Source: Chthoniobacterales bacterium
GTDB taxonomy: Bacteria; Verrucomicrobiota; Verrucomicrobiia; Chthoniobacterales; UBA6821
DNA: 38,832 bases
Direction of reading: 5' to 3'
Assembly: GCA_044326465.1 (NCBI GenBank)
Contig: JBIRBD010000002.1
Span: forward strand, 1-38,832
In this document: positions 9,856-19,916 of the stretch, one piece after another
Layout: each line of letters starts with the position of its first letter
Position numbering within the stretch: the stretch's first letter is position 1
Program-made: the position numbers and the translations under genes
The notes under the pieces: generated by a model
What the model saw: the letters and a program-made list of their open reading frames with translations, nothing else
Told to the model about the DNA's origin: nothing
Databases searched by the model: none

Positions 9856-12800
9856 ATGATTGAACAAGAAATAACCGACTTGCTTGGAAACCCCAATGAT
9901 AATTCCTTTGATCAGGTGCAAATTACTGTTGCATCGCCTGAAATAATGCGATCTTGGAGTAAAGGTGAGGTAAAAAATCCTGAAACGATTAATTACCGGA
10001 CTTTTAAGCCTGAAAAAGGAGGTCTCTTTTGCGAACGAATTTTTGGTCCTTCCCGCGATTGGGAGTGTTCTTGTGGAAAGTACAAACGTATTAAACATAA
10101 GAATGTTGTTTGTGATCGTTGCGGTGTTGAAGTAACCTTGAGTCGTGTGCGTCGTGAAAGAATGGGGCATATCGATCTTGCTGTTCCTGTTTCTCATATT
10201 TGGTTTTATAAATGCATGCCTTCCCGCATTGGTCTCATGCTTGATATGACAGGTCGTCAGTTAGAACGGATTATCTATTATGAAGATTATGTTGTAATCG
10301 ATCCAGGCAAGACACCTTTTGAAAAAGGTCAACTTCTCACGGAGTCAGAATTTCGCGAAGCAGAAGACCAGTATGGTGAAGATTTCACTTATGGCATGGG
10401 TGCTGAAGCTATCCAAAAACTACTTGAGTCGATGGATCTTAAAAAAGAACAAGTACTCATTGAGAAGCAGATGGCTCAGACTAAGAGCAAGCAGATTCGC
10501 AAAAAATTAGCGAAGAGAATGAAGCTTGTTCAGGGATTTGTTAGTTCAAAGACACGTCCTGAATGGATGCTCCTCAATGTTCTTCCGGTTATTCCTCCTG
10601 ATTTACGACCTCTTGTGCCATTAGACGGAGGACGTTTTGCAACCTCTGATTTAAATGATCTCTATCGAAGAGTGATCAATCGTAACAATCGATTAAAGAC
10701 ATTATTACAGTTAAAAACTCCTGAAGTTATTATTCGCAATGAAAAAAGAATGCTTCAAGAGGCTGTTGATGCACTTTTTGATAACGGTCGTCATGGTCGC
10801 GCTGTTACAGGAGCCGCGAATCGACCTCTAAAATCATTGAGTGATATGCTCAAAGGAAAAGGTGGTCGTTTCCGTCAAAACTTACTTGGAAAGCGCGTTG
10901 ATTACTCAGGTCGTTCGGTTATCGTTATTGGACCTGAGCTGAAGCTGAATCAATGTGGTCTACCAAAAAAAATGGCACTTGTTCTCTTTGAACCATTTAT
11001 TATTCGTCGCCTTAAAGAACTTGGCTACGTTCATACTGTTCGTAGTGCAAAAAAACTTATTGAACGTCAGACGCCTGAAGTGTGGGATATTCTTGATGAA
11101 GTTACTCGCGGGCATGCAGTTTTGCTCAATCGTGCGCCGACACTTCACAGGCTTTCAATTCAAGCTTTTGAGCCAATTTTAATTGAAGGAGAAGCTATTC
11201 GTGTTCATCCGCTTGTTTGTACAGCATATAATGCAGACTTTGATGGTGATCAAATGGCAGTGCATGTTCCTCTTTCTGTAGAGGCTCAACTAGAAGCTCG
11301 CACATTGATGTTAGCGCCAAACAATATTTTTTCACCTTCTAGCGGTAAGCCGATTACCAATCCATCACAAGATATTCCTCTTGGGTGTTATTATTTAACT
11401 CAGTCACCTCGCATTCTTCCTGGAGCTAAGGAAGTTCGCTTCCCTCTCTTTGCTAATGCATCGGAGGTTGAAATGGCATTGAGCGAAGGATCTATTAAAG
11501 TCCATACGCGTATTCGACTCCAAAATCCAGATCGTGGCATTGCTACGGTTTATGGAAATAGAGAACTTCCTGTTATTGAGACCACTGCTGGTCGTGTTGT
11601 ATTTAATGAAATCTGGCCAAAAGAACTTGGTTTTTACAACAAAGTTGCTGGAAAAAAACAACTCAGTGATATTATTTGGCGTTGTTATAAGGCAGTTGGT
11701 CAACAGCGTACTGTTGAAACTCTTGATCGTTTGAAAGAAGTTGGTTTCCGTGAAGTCACTAAAGCAGGTGCTTCCGTTGGTATTAACGACATGATTATTC
11801 CAAAAGAAAAAGTACATCTTGTTGAAAGTGCTCAAAAGCAGATTGTTGAAGTTCAAAAACAATATCATCGTGGTATTATTACTGATGGAGAACGTAAGAA
11901 TAAAGTTCAGGATATTTGGACTCATACTGGTGAGGAAATAACCAATGCTCTTTTCCGGACGCTAGAGTATAACGATGGCCGTAAAGAGATGAATCCTGTT
12001 TTTATGATGGTTGATTCTGGTGCTCGTGGTACTCGTAGTCAGGTAAAACAGCTAGCTGGAATGCGTGGTCTCATGGCAAAGCCATCAGGAGAAATTATAG
12101 AGCAGCCAATTCTTTCTAACTTCCGTGAAGGCCTCACCGTGCTTGAGTATTTTATTTCAACTCACGGTGCTCGTAAGGGACTTGCTGACACAGCTCTTAA
12201 AACAGCTGACTCTGGCTACCTTACACGAAAACTAGTAGATGCCGCTCAAGATGTAATTATTACGGAGGATGACTGCGGTACTGTCAATGGTATTGTCGTT
12301 GCGCCAATCTATGAAGGTGATGAAGAAGTGGTTACCTTAGCTACACGCATTATTGGGCGTGTTAGTTGTGAAACAGTAAAAGATCCGATGACAGGTAAGC
12401 CACTTATTAAATTAAATCAGCTTATCGATGAAGAGACAGCTCTTATGCTCGCTAAAATTGGACATGAACAATTAAAAATTCGCTCTGTTCTCACCTGTGA
12501 GAGCAAAAGAGGTGCTTGTGCTAGGTGCTATGGTAGCAATTTGGCTACAGGATTAATGATTGCTCATGGTGAAGCTGTTGGTATTGTCGCAGCACAAAGT
12601 ATTGGTGAGCCAGGTACTCAGCTCACAATGCGTACCTTCCACGTTGGAGGAACGGCGAGCCAGACCTTTAAACAACCTATTATTAAATCAAAAAACGACG
12701 GAATAATTCGTTTTAATGATCTAAGAACAGTGCAATCTCTTGATGGAACATTTATTGTTTTGAGCAAAAATGGCACTATTGGAATTTACAGTAAGGATGG

Positions 12801-13965
12801 TCGGGAATTAGAAAGTCATCTTGTTGTTATAGGTTCTGTTATTTCTGTTGCTGATGGATCAACTATCAAAAAAGGAGTTTCTTTTGTTCAGTGGGATCCT
12901 TACAATATTCCAATTATTACAGAAAAAGCAGGAAAGGTTGAATTCCGCGACATGATTGCTGGTGTTACAATACGAAAGGAAGTTGATGATGAAACAGGAA
13001 TTATGGGAACCGTCGTTATTGAGCACAAAGAAGATCTTCATCCTCAGTTAGCTATTATTGATGCAAATAAACAGGTCATCGTTAGTTACTCTATCCCGGC
13101 TGGAGCTCACCTTGAAGTAAAAGAAGGCGAGACGGTTCAAGCTGGACAGCGATTAGCTAAAACTCCACGTAAGATTGCAAAAACAAAAGATATTACGGGA
13201 GGTCTTCCCCGTGTTGCTGAGTTATTTGAAGCGCGTCGCCCAAAAGAAGCTTGTGAAATTGCACGCATTGACGGCGTTGTTGATATTGGTGGCACTGTTC
13301 GAGGGAAGCGCAAATTAATTGTTCGAGATACGCTTACAGGAACAGAAGAAGAGCATCTAATACCTCTCTCTAAGCATATTATTGCTTTTAAGGGTGACTT
13401 TGTAAAAAAAGGTCAGCAGCTTACCGAAGGTCCTGTTGTTCCGCATGAAATTCTCGAGGTTTGCGGTCCCCAAGAACTTCAAGAACACCTTCTTAATGAA
13501 GTTCAAGAAGTTTATCGTTTGCAAGGTGTTGAAATCAATGATAAGCATATTGAAATCATTATTCGACAGATGCTTCGTAAAGTAAAAATTACTGATCCAG
13601 GTGATACTATTCTTCTTTGGGGCGATCAAATTGATCGTCTGGAATTTGAAAATGAAAATAACAATGTTATTGCTAAAGGTGGAAAACCTGCAGAGGCTTC
13701 ACCTGTACTTCTTGGTATCACGAAAGCATCTTTAGAAACTGATAGCTTTATTTCTGCTGCATCCTTCCAAGACACAACACGTGTTTTAACAGAAGCTGCA
13801 ACTCTTGGTAAGATAGATCGTCTTCGTGGATTTAAAGAAAATGTCATTATGGGACACCTTATTCCGGCAGGTAGCGGATTTAAGACAAATAGGCAATTTG
13901 ATATAGCATTGCTGGAAGAGACTACAGCAATAAAAACTGATATTTCTAACGAAGCAATAGCGTAA
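9856..13965 (+). CDS. rpoC: DNA-directed RNA polymerase beta-prime subunit
   Basis: 1369 aa with the zinc motif CSCGKY...CDRCGVEV, the catalytic [12 protein letters not shown], and a trigger-loop region. Confidence 0.98.
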   Translation: MIEQEITDLLGNPNDNSFDQVQITVASPEIMRSWSKGEVKNPETINYRTFKPEKGGLFCERIFGPSRDWECSCGKYKRIKHKNVVCDRCGVEVTLSRVRRERMGHIDLAVPVSHIWFYKCMPSRIGLMLDMTGRQLERIIYYEDYVVIDPGKTPFEKGQLLTESEFREAEDQYGEDFTYGMGAEAIQKLLESMDLKKEQVLIEKQMAQTKSKQIRKKLAKRMKLVQGFVSSKTRPEWMLLNVLPVIPPDLRPLVPLDGGRFATSDLNDLYRRVINRNNRLKTLLQLKTPEVIIRNEKRMLQEAVDALFDNGRHGRAVTGAANRPLKSLSDMLKGKGGRFRQNLLGKRVDYSGRSVIVIGPELKLNQCGLPKKMALVLFEPFIIRRLKELGYVHTVRSAKKLIERQTPEVWDILDEVTRGHAVLLNRAPTLHRLSIQAFEPILIEGEAIRVHPLVCTAYNADFDGDQMAVHVPLSVEAQLEARTLMLAPNNIFSPSSGKPITNPSQDIPLGCYYLTQSPRILPGAKEVRFPLFANASEVEMALSEGSIKVHTRIRLQNPDRGIATVYGNRELPVIETTAGRVVFNEIWPKELGFYNKVAGKKQLSDIIWRCYKAVGQQRTVETLDRLKEVGFREVTKAGASVGINDMIIPKEKVHLVESAQKQIVEVQKQYHRGIITDGERKNKVQDIWTHTGEEITNALFRTLEYNDGRKEMNPVFMMVDSGARGTRSQVKQLAGMRGLMAKPSGEIIEQPILSNFREGLTVLEYFISTHGARKGLADTALKTADSGYLTRKLVDAAQDVIITEDDCGTVNGIVVAPIYEGDEEVVTLATRIIGRVSCETVKDPMTGKPLIKLNQLIDEETALMLAKIGHEQLKIRSVLTCESKRGACARCYGSNLATGLMIAHGEAVGIVAAQSIGEPGTQLTMRTFHVGGTASQTFKQPIIKSKNDGIIRFNDLRTVQSLDGTFIVLSKNGTIGIYSKDGRELESHLVVIGSVISVADGSTIKKGVSFVQWDPYNIPIITEKAGKVEFRDMIAGVTIRKEVDDETGIMGTVVIEHKEDLHPQLAIIDANKQVIVSYSIPAGAHLEVKEGETVQAGQRLAKTPRKIAKTKDITGGLPRVAELFEARRPKEACEIARIDGVVDIGGTVRGKRKLIVRDTLTGTEEEHLIPLSKHIIAFKGDFVKKGQQLTEGPVVPHEILEVCGPQELQEHLLNEVQEVYRLQGVEINDKHIEIIIRQMLRKVKITDPGDTILLWGDQIDRLEFENENNNVIAKGGKPAEASPVLLGITKASLETDSFISAASFQDTTRVLTEAATLGKIDRLRGFKENVIMGHLIPAGSGFKTNRQFDIALLEETTAIKTDISNEAIA

Positions 13966-14000
13966 GCTTAATTATATAAACATCTAATAAATTTTTTCTC

Positions 14001-14768
14001 ATGTCTGTTGAAATAATGACCGAACTACTCGAAGCTGGTGTCCACTATGGCCACCAAACCAAACGTTGGAATCCAAAAATGAAGGATTTCATTTTAGAAG
14101 AAAAAAACTCTATCTATATTATTGATCTCTCTAAAACAGTAGATCAACTACGCGATGCAGGAAATTTTCTTGCAAATATAGCTAAGCAACGAGGAAATAT
14201 TCTTTTTGTAGGTTGCAAAAAACAAGCCCAGGAAGCTGTTAAGGAGTCTGCAGAGGCCTGTAACCAATTTTATGTAAATCAGCGCTGGCTTGGAGGCACA
14301 CTGACCAATCTTGTAACCATTCGCAAGAGTGTCAATCGTCTTCGTGAATTTGAAGAGCTTGAAAAAAGTCCAGGATTTCATAAGATTAATAAGGCAGAAG
14401 CAAGCGCACTTCGTCGTGAAGCACTAAAGATTCGTAAAAATCTTGAGGGAGTTTTAACTATGGAAAAACTTCCTGACGCTATTGTTATTATCGATACCGT
14501 TCGCGAAGCCATTGCTGTAGCAGAAGCACGCAGATTGAAAATTCCAATTGTGGCAATTGTTGATACTAACAGTGATCCAGAAGTTGTTGACTATCCAATT
14601 GCAGGTAACGACGATGCTATTAGAGCTATTCGTATTGTTCTTCAAAAACTTGTCGACGCCATTATTACCACGCAAGGAGTTAACGCTGTCGCTCGACAAC
14701 AGTCTGTTAAGGAGGAAATAAAGCCCGCTGGAGAACTGTTGCAAACTGCTACTCAAAAAAAAGCATAA
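14001..14768 (+). CDS. rpsB: 30S ribosomal protein S2
   Basis: LLEAGVHYGHQTKRWNPKM signature; 255 aa. Starts 35 nt after the rpoC stop. Confidence 0.95.
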   Translation: MSVEIMTELLEAGVHYGHQTKRWNPKMKDFILEEKNSIYIIDLSKTVDQLRDAGNFLANIAKQRGNILFVGCKKQAQEAVKESAEACNQFYVNQRWLGGTLTNLVTIRKSVNRLREFEELEKSPGFHKINKAEASALRREALKIRKNLEGVLTMEKLPDAIVIIDTVREAIAVAEARRLKIPIVAIVDTNSDPEVVDYPIAGNDDAIRAIRIVLQKLVDAIITTQGVNAVARQQSVKEEIKPAGELLQTATQKKA

Positions 14769-14811
14769 TTACCTCGCTCGTTACGAGTTTTAACACCTAA
14801 ATTATTTTTTA

Positions 14812-15402
14812 ATGATTGATCCAAACTTAGTCAAAAAACTTCGAGAAAAGACAAATGCTGGCATGATGGATTGCAAGCGTGCTCTTATGGAAGCTGCTGG
14901 CGATGCCGAAAAAGCAGAAGCAATTTTACGCACAAAGGGGATTGCAAGCGCAGATAAAAAGTCATCGCGTGCCACTAAAGAAGGGGTCATAGCATCCTAT
15001 ATTCATTTACAAGGAAAAGTAGGTGTGCTTGTCGAAATTAATTGTGAAACTGATTTTGTTGCCAAGAACGACATCTTTCGAGATTTTGTCAAAGATGTTA
15101 CACTTCAAATTGCAGCAAGTCATCCGGTAGTTGTCACGCGCGATGAAGTTGATGCAAAGCTTGTAGCTGCAGAGCGAGAAATCTATCGTGGACAAGTTGA
15201 AGGTAAGCCAGTAGCCATCATTGACAAAATTGTTGATGGGAAATTGGATAAGTTTTACAGTACGATCTGTTTAATGGAACAAAGTTTTATTAAGAATCCT
15301 GATCTTACCATGAAAGAATATGTTGCTACGAAGATCGCAGAGCTTGGCGAAAATATTGTGATTCGGCGCTTTTCTCGGTATATGGTTGGAGAAGATACCT
15401 AA
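14812..15402 (+). CDS. tsf: Elongation factor Ts, short ~200-aa form
   Basis: N-terminal VKKLREKTNAGMMDCKRAL motif, then VEINCETDFVAKN. Only 196 aa. Confidence 0.9.
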   Translation: MIDPNLVKKLREKTNAGMMDCKRALMEAAGDAEKAEAILRTKGIASADKKSSRATKEGVIASYIHLQGKVGVLVEINCETDFVAKNDIFRDFVKDVTLQIAASHPVVVTRDEVDAKLVAAEREIYRGQVEGKPVAIIDKIVDGKLDKFYSTICLMEQSFIKNPDLTMKEYVATKIAELGENIVIRRFSRYMVGEDT

Positions 15403-15568
15403 ATCTAAAAGCGGAAGTGAAAATAAAGTTTTTAGTGCAATCGATTCGTTTGCAAAGTGATTCCTCTAAGAACTCATTTACCTTCAGGTGATCCATGACC
15501 TGATAGCAACCACCTTTAAATCCAGCTACTTACGCCAACTTTCTCATTTTTATTCCCGTTTTTAGCTC

Positions 15569-15623
15569 AAAAACAACAACTGATAACTTTATTGCTCATC
15601 TCTCTGATCAGAAGGAGAAGAGC
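15569..15623. repeat. Modular intergenic repeat: heptad-like AAAAACAACAACTGATAAC, ATTGCTCATCTC box, and TCTGATCAGA palindrome
   Basis: The 12-nt box ATTGCTCATCTC (15591-15602) and the palindrome TCTGATCAGA (15603-15612) recur exactly at 16188-16199 and 16148-16157. Confidence 0.7.
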
Positions 15624-15655
15624 TATGATACATTTTTGATGTTGCTATTTTTTCA

Positions 15656-16141
15656 ATGAACAGCACTCCCTCTTCTTCTGTCACATTAGCGACGCTTCTC
15701 TCAGAGAAGCAGATTATTCCTAACATGGTGGCTGTTGATCGTTGGCAAGCCATTGAAGAGATTGTCCAATTTCTTATTCAAGGAGGTTTTCTTCAAGCTC
15801 ACAATAAAGAAGATATTCTTGCTGCGCTTGCCCAACGAGAAGAAACAATGAGTACAGGGATTGGTTTTGGTGTTGCCATTCCACATGCTGCTTCTGATTC
15901 GGTTCACAATATTATTGTTGCTTTTGCTCGTTCTAAGGAAGGAATTGAATTCGAATCGCTGGATGAAAAACCGGTTCATTTTATCGTTCTTTTTCTTGTT
16001 CCTAACAACCAATTTCAGACGCACCTGAAAACACTTTCTGCTATTGCAAAATTTCTAAATGATCGTGTAACGAGGGAAGAACTTATGACGGCGCAGGATG
16101 CTATGTCGATCATGAAAATTTTTGCAAATAAGCAAAGTTAG
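15656..16141 (+). CDS. ptsN: PTS EIIA(Ntr/Fru)-type regulatory protein
   Basis: 161 aa with REETMSTGIGFGVAIPHA, the phospho-His motif of the EIIA-2 family. Confidence 0.8.
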   Translation: MNSTPSSSVTLATLLSEKQIIPNMVAVDRWQAIEEIVQFLIQGGFLQAHNKEDILAALAQREETMSTGIGFGVAIPHAASDSVHNIIVAFARSKEGIEFESLDEKPVHFIVLFLVPNNQFQTHLKTLSAIAKFLNDRVTREELMTAQDAMSIMKIFANKQS

Positions 16142-16146
16142 TAGAG

Positions 16147-16400
16147 GTCTGATCAGACTTTAGGAAGTGGAAATAAGCGCCAACGTAATTGCTCATCTCC
16201 TTCTGGAGATAAGCATTGGTTGTTGGTTCTCGGTTCTCGGTTGATAGTAAAGAAATATTTTTTCTTAGCTGCTAAAAAAGAAGCATTGCCCTAAGAGGCT
16301 GATAAAATGGGACTCTTGAAAAATAAATCTTTCGAATAAAAAACCAACAACTAACAACCGACAACTTTTTTCTCCTCTTCTTTGTCAGAAGAAGATAAGT
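16147..16400. repeat. Composite palindromic / MITE-like repeat: two hairpin-plus-heptad arms in inverted orientation around an ~90-bp core
   Basis: Left arm is the hairpin GCTCATCTCC-TTCT-GGAGATAAGC (16191-16214) plus heptads GGTTGTT GGTTCTC GGTTCTC GGTTGAT (16218-16245). Right arm is the inverted heptads (16338-16365, reverse complement GTTGTCG GTTGTTA GTTGTTG GTTTTT) plus a hairpin near 16376-16392. Confidence 0.7.
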
Positions 16401-16451
16401 GATTACCTGCCAACTACTAGCGGCTCAGATTAGAATTTCCATTAACGGCTC

Positions 16452-18227
16452 ATGAATTCTCAAAAGACGATTCAACTATTATTAAGCGAACGCCTTGCTC
16501 AAGCGCTTGCCAACTTACATATCAAGGCTGAACTGGCCACTATTACGATTGCTGCTGATGCTCGTTTTGGTGATTATCAGAGCAATAGTGCAATGATCGC
16601 AGCTAAGCAGATTAAAAAAAATCCTCGTATTGTAGCTGAACAAATTATTGAACAATTACACCTTCAGGATCTCTGTGAGCCTCTAGAGATTGCCGGTCCT
16701 GGATTTATTAATTTTCGTCTAAAGAATAAGTTTTTAGAACAAAGAATTACCGAGCTTCTTGAAGATCCACGCCTAGGAATTCCACTAGTAGCGGAACCAA
16801 AAACCATTGTTATTGATTTTAGCTCTCCGAATGTAGCAAAACCAATGCATGTTGGTCATATTAGGAGTAGTATTCTTGGCGATAGCCTTGCACGTATTGC
16901 TCGATTTCTTGGGCATCATGTTATTACTGACAACCACATTGGTGATTGGGGAACTCAATTTGGAAAGGTGATTTATGGGTGGAAGTATCTACGCAGCAAT
17001 AAAAGTGCTTCTAGCCCGACTTTCGCTATTCGAGATACTTCTTCTGTTCATGAATTGGTACGCCTTTATCGCGAAGTCAATGAACTTGAAGAAAAAGATG
17101 CCACTGTCAAAAAAACTGTTCGTGAAGAACTCGTAAAACTTCAGCAAGGGGATCCTGAAAATTTAGCGATTTGGAAAAAGGTAGTTGATATTTCATGGCA
17201 AGAGTTTCAAAGGCTGTACGAACTTTTAGGAATTAAGTTTGATGAGTGTCTTGGAGAAAGTTTTTATAATGATGCCTTAGCTCCTCTTGTAGAACGCCTT
17301 GCCAAGGACGGAATTGCCGAAGAGAGTGAAGGTGCACTCTGTATTTTTTTTAAGAATCAACCGGCTCTTCTCGATAAGCCCTGTCTGATTCGAAAAGCCG
17401 ATGGTGGCTTTCTCTATGCAACGACCGATCTTGCAACAGTTGAGTATCGAGAGAAAAAATGGCGCCCTGATGCTGTTTGGTATGTCTGTGGTGCGCCGCA
17501 ACAATTGCATTTTGAACAAATTTTTTCAGCTGCTCATCGTCTTGGCATTACTTCTGATCTGCGTCACATTAGCTTTGGAAGTATTTTAGGCGAAGATCGC
17601 AAAATGATGAAGACGCGTAGCGGCGAGAATATTGAATTGGGTAGCTTGCTGCAGGAGGCCATAGAACGAGCTTTCCGGCTTGTCTCAGAAAAAAACCATG
17701 ATTTTTCACTGGTTGAAAAGAAAGAAGTGGCGCAGGTTGTCGGCCTAGGAGCGTTAAAATATGCGGATCTGATGCAACATCGTATGACTGATTACATTTT
17801 TTCTTGGGAAAAAATGCTTTCGTTCCAAGGCAATACAGCGCCATATTTACAGAATGCTTACGTCCGCATTAAATCTATTTTTAGAAAGAAGACAGATTCT
17901 GAAGAGCAGTTAGGAGAAAAAAACAAGCCCTCACCATTAGAGTCTCATTCCATTATCATTAGCGAGCCGGTTGAACGTCAGCTTGTGCTGCAACTTTTGC
18001 AATTTGGGGACATTATTCCTACAATTCTTATTGATGCGCGTCCCAATATCTTATGCTTGGCACTGTTTGAGCTAGCAAATAGCTTTCATCGCTTCTATGA
18101 ACTTTGCCCGATCTTAAAATCTGAAGGAGCCATAAAACAATCACGCTTGAGGCTTGCAGAATTGACCGCTCGCGCATTGAAGCTAGGACTTGGCCTCCTT
18201 GGTATCGATGTTCCTGAAAGGATGTAG
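16452..18227 (+). CDS. argS: Arginyl-tRNA synthetase
   Basis: 591 aa. Class I HIGH variant PMHVGHIRSS. Has the N-terminal Arg-tRNA-synthetase add-on domain and the typical C-terminal ...ERM ending. Confidence 0.93.
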   Translation: MNSQKTIQLLLSERLAQALANLHIKAELATITIAADARFGDYQSNSAMIAAKQIKKNPRIVAEQIIEQLHLQDLCEPLEIAGPGFINFRLKNKFLEQRITELLEDPRLGIPLVAEPKTIVIDFSSPNVAKPMHVGHIRSSILGDSLARIARFLGHHVITDNHIGDWGTQFGKVIYGWKYLRSNKSASSPTFAIRDTSSVHELVRLYREVNELEEKDATVKKTVREELVKLQQGDPENLAIWKKVVDISWQEFQRLYELLGIKFDECLGESFYNDALAPLVERLAKDGIAEESEGALCIFFKNQPALLDKPCLIRKADGGFLYATTDLATVEYREKKWRPDAVWYVCGAPQQLHFEQIFSAAHRLGITSDLRHISFGSILGEDRKMMKTRSGENIELGSLLQEAIERAFRLVSEKNHDFSLVEKKEVAQVVGLGALKYADLMQHRMTDYIFSWEKMLSFQGNTAPYLQNAYVRIKSIFRKKTDSEEQLGEKNKPSPLESHSIIISEPVERQLVLQLLQFGDIIPTILIDARPNILCLALFELANSFHRFYELCPILKSEGAIKQSRLRLAELTARALKLGLGLLGIDVPERM

Positions 18228-18313
18228 GCTTTTAAGTTAACCTAAAAACGTCAATGGATCGTGGCAAATTAACGCAATATGCTCAGCATCAAAATCATTT
18301 TTAGACTAAGCCC

Positions 18314-19813
18314 TTACGTTAATTTTCTCACTCCCATCACCGTTTTTAGGTCGCTGGCCGCAATTTCTCGATCGCTACTTTTCTCATGATGTCGATCGAT
18401 GATGATGGTGGCTATCTGAATAAGTAAAAGGCGTCGCTGAGTTTCATTAAGTGGATGCGTTGCTTCTAAAGAGACATTATAGCGAGCTTTTTCCGCTGTA
18501 TTAAGTTGGCTTTCGTTATTTTCAACTCCTAAAGTCGGATTAATGGGCAAACTCTTGCATCCGTTCATGCAATTGGCTCGCCTATCTTTAGGAAGTTTTT
18601 CTATTTCAGGATCTAGCGAATCTTGAAGAGGTGGAGCTTTCCTCTTCTCTAGACTGCTGGGCGGGTATAAACTCTTTTTCCACTCTTCCGTAAAAGGCCC
18701 AGTAATATTCCACTGAATTATTTTTGTGCCATGAATTAACCAATGGATGACAAGCAAGTATGTTTGACGGATGCGAGCAGCTGTTAGATTTTGGCGTTTA
18801 TTATGGCTGACTGTTTGGCTCCGATCATGCCAACGATATTGATAAAGATAATCAGGGATGAAGAGCAAAGGTTCATTAATAGCTGTTCTTAAAGCGAATT
18901 CATAGTCTTGGCAGCCCTCAAAGGTGCTATTAAAAATGCCAAGATCAGCATGAATATTTTTTTTGATCGCTTTGAGATGGTTTGCAAAATTATTAACGAT
19001 CAGATCACTTGTTTTTTCTGAACGTAGTCGCCACGAAAGAATATTTCCATGTTCGTCGATATCAATGGCACGCGAGCTAATAAAACGTATTGTTGGATTT
19101 TTCTGAATAGTTTGCGCTAGAACAGAAAAAACATTTGATTGGAGGCGGTCATCACAGTCTAGATGAAGAATCCACTCGCCTCGTGCGCGCTCAATGGCTT
19201 GATTTGTACTCTGGCAAATTCCGAGATTATTTTTATTCGTATGGAAAACTATTTTTTCCCCAAGTGCTTCCCCTGCTTCTTGAAGTAACTGCTTTGAATC
19301 AATCGAAGGGTCATCATTGACGATAAGAATTTCAACCTGAGTTGTGGGGCTGTGGCGGCAGGCAGTAGTAACAGACTCAATGCAACTTTTAAAAAATTGA
19401 AGATGATGATGAAAACAGATAAGGACCGTAAAACTTGGAGGAGGTGATGAAAAATTAGTTGATGAAATCTGCTGAGTTGTGAAAAGAAAATTTTTAGCAT
19501 CGACTTCAAGCTGACTAGAAGATTGATTCAAAATTTCTGCAGCCCACTTGCGCGATGATTCTTGTTGACGCGATTTAATCGGATTATATCCCATGCAAGG
19601 ATAGGCCAATGTAATACTTCCCTGGCAAAACCAACTCAAGAAGTGCACAACCTGATGAAGGATGCAGTGATATCTTGTTTGACGATCCTTCTGCTCGGAT
19701 AAATCAAGGCGCTGTAAAAATCCTGTTAACGGTACAATAATACGAGAAAGAATTTTCCTAATAAAGAGAGCGGCAACATGCCTGATCTTTGATGGGGAAG
19801 AACGGATAGTCAT
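18314..19813 (-). CDS. Family 2 glycosyltransferase (GT-A) with N- and C-terminal extensions of unknown function
   Basis: Central GT2 pattern: FTVLICFHHH...ILIVNDDPS...NLGICQSTNQAIERARGEWILHLDCDD. ATG start. Divergent from the main operon. Confidence 0.75.
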   Translation of the reverse strand: MTIRSSPSKIRHVAALFIRKILSRIIVPLTGFLQRLDLSEQKDRQTRYHCILHQVVHFLSWFCQGSITLAYPCMGYNPIKSRQQESSRKWAAEILNQSSSQLEVDAKNFLFTTQQISSTNFSSPPPSFTVLICFHHHLQFFKSCIESVTTACRHSPTTQVEILIVNDDPSIDSKQLLQEAGEALGEKIVFHTNKNNLGICQSTNQAIERARGEWILHLDCDDRLQSNVFSVLAQTIQKNPTIRFISSRAIDIDEHGNILSWRLRSEKTSDLIVNNFANHLKAIKKNIHADLGIFNSTFEGCQDYEFALRTAINEPLLFIPDYLYQYRWHDRSQTVSHNKRQNLTAARIRQTYLLVIHWLIHGTKIIQWNITGPFTEEWKKSLYPPSSLEKRKAPPLQDSLDPEIEKLPKDRRANCMNGCKSLPINPTLGVENNESQLNTAEKARYNVSLEATHPLNETQRRLLLIQIATIIIDRHHEKSSDREIAASDLKTVMGVRKLT

Positions 19814-19916
19814 AATAATTCGGTAGGTAATAATGCCTCTTCCTCTTTTTAGATTTCAAATTTAATCTTTGGATAATAGATTAAACTCTATTTTTTACAA
19901 CTTTCCTTGAATTGAA

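Noticed and set aside
6247-13847. Numerous antisense or alternative-frame ORFs inside rpoB and rpoC (for example 8752-9204, 9850-10197, 11404-11925)
   Set aside because: They lie entirely within strongly conserved RNA polymerase genes. Their translations are Asn/Ile/Phe-rich with no motifs, which is typical of shadow ORFs.
14812-15402. Possibility that tsf is a truncated pseudogene (196 aa)
   Set aside because: The ORF has an intact N-terminal EF-Tu-binding motif, a core domain and a clean stop. Short ~200-aa EF-Ts forms exist (Thermus). Retained as a functional short form and noted only as a lineage marker.
33-16365. Heptad arrays considered as a possible CRISPR or other spacer-repeat array
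   Set aside because: The units are 7 nt with no spacers, the arrays are only 21-31 nt long, and no cas genes are present. They are simple tandem repeats, not CRISPR.
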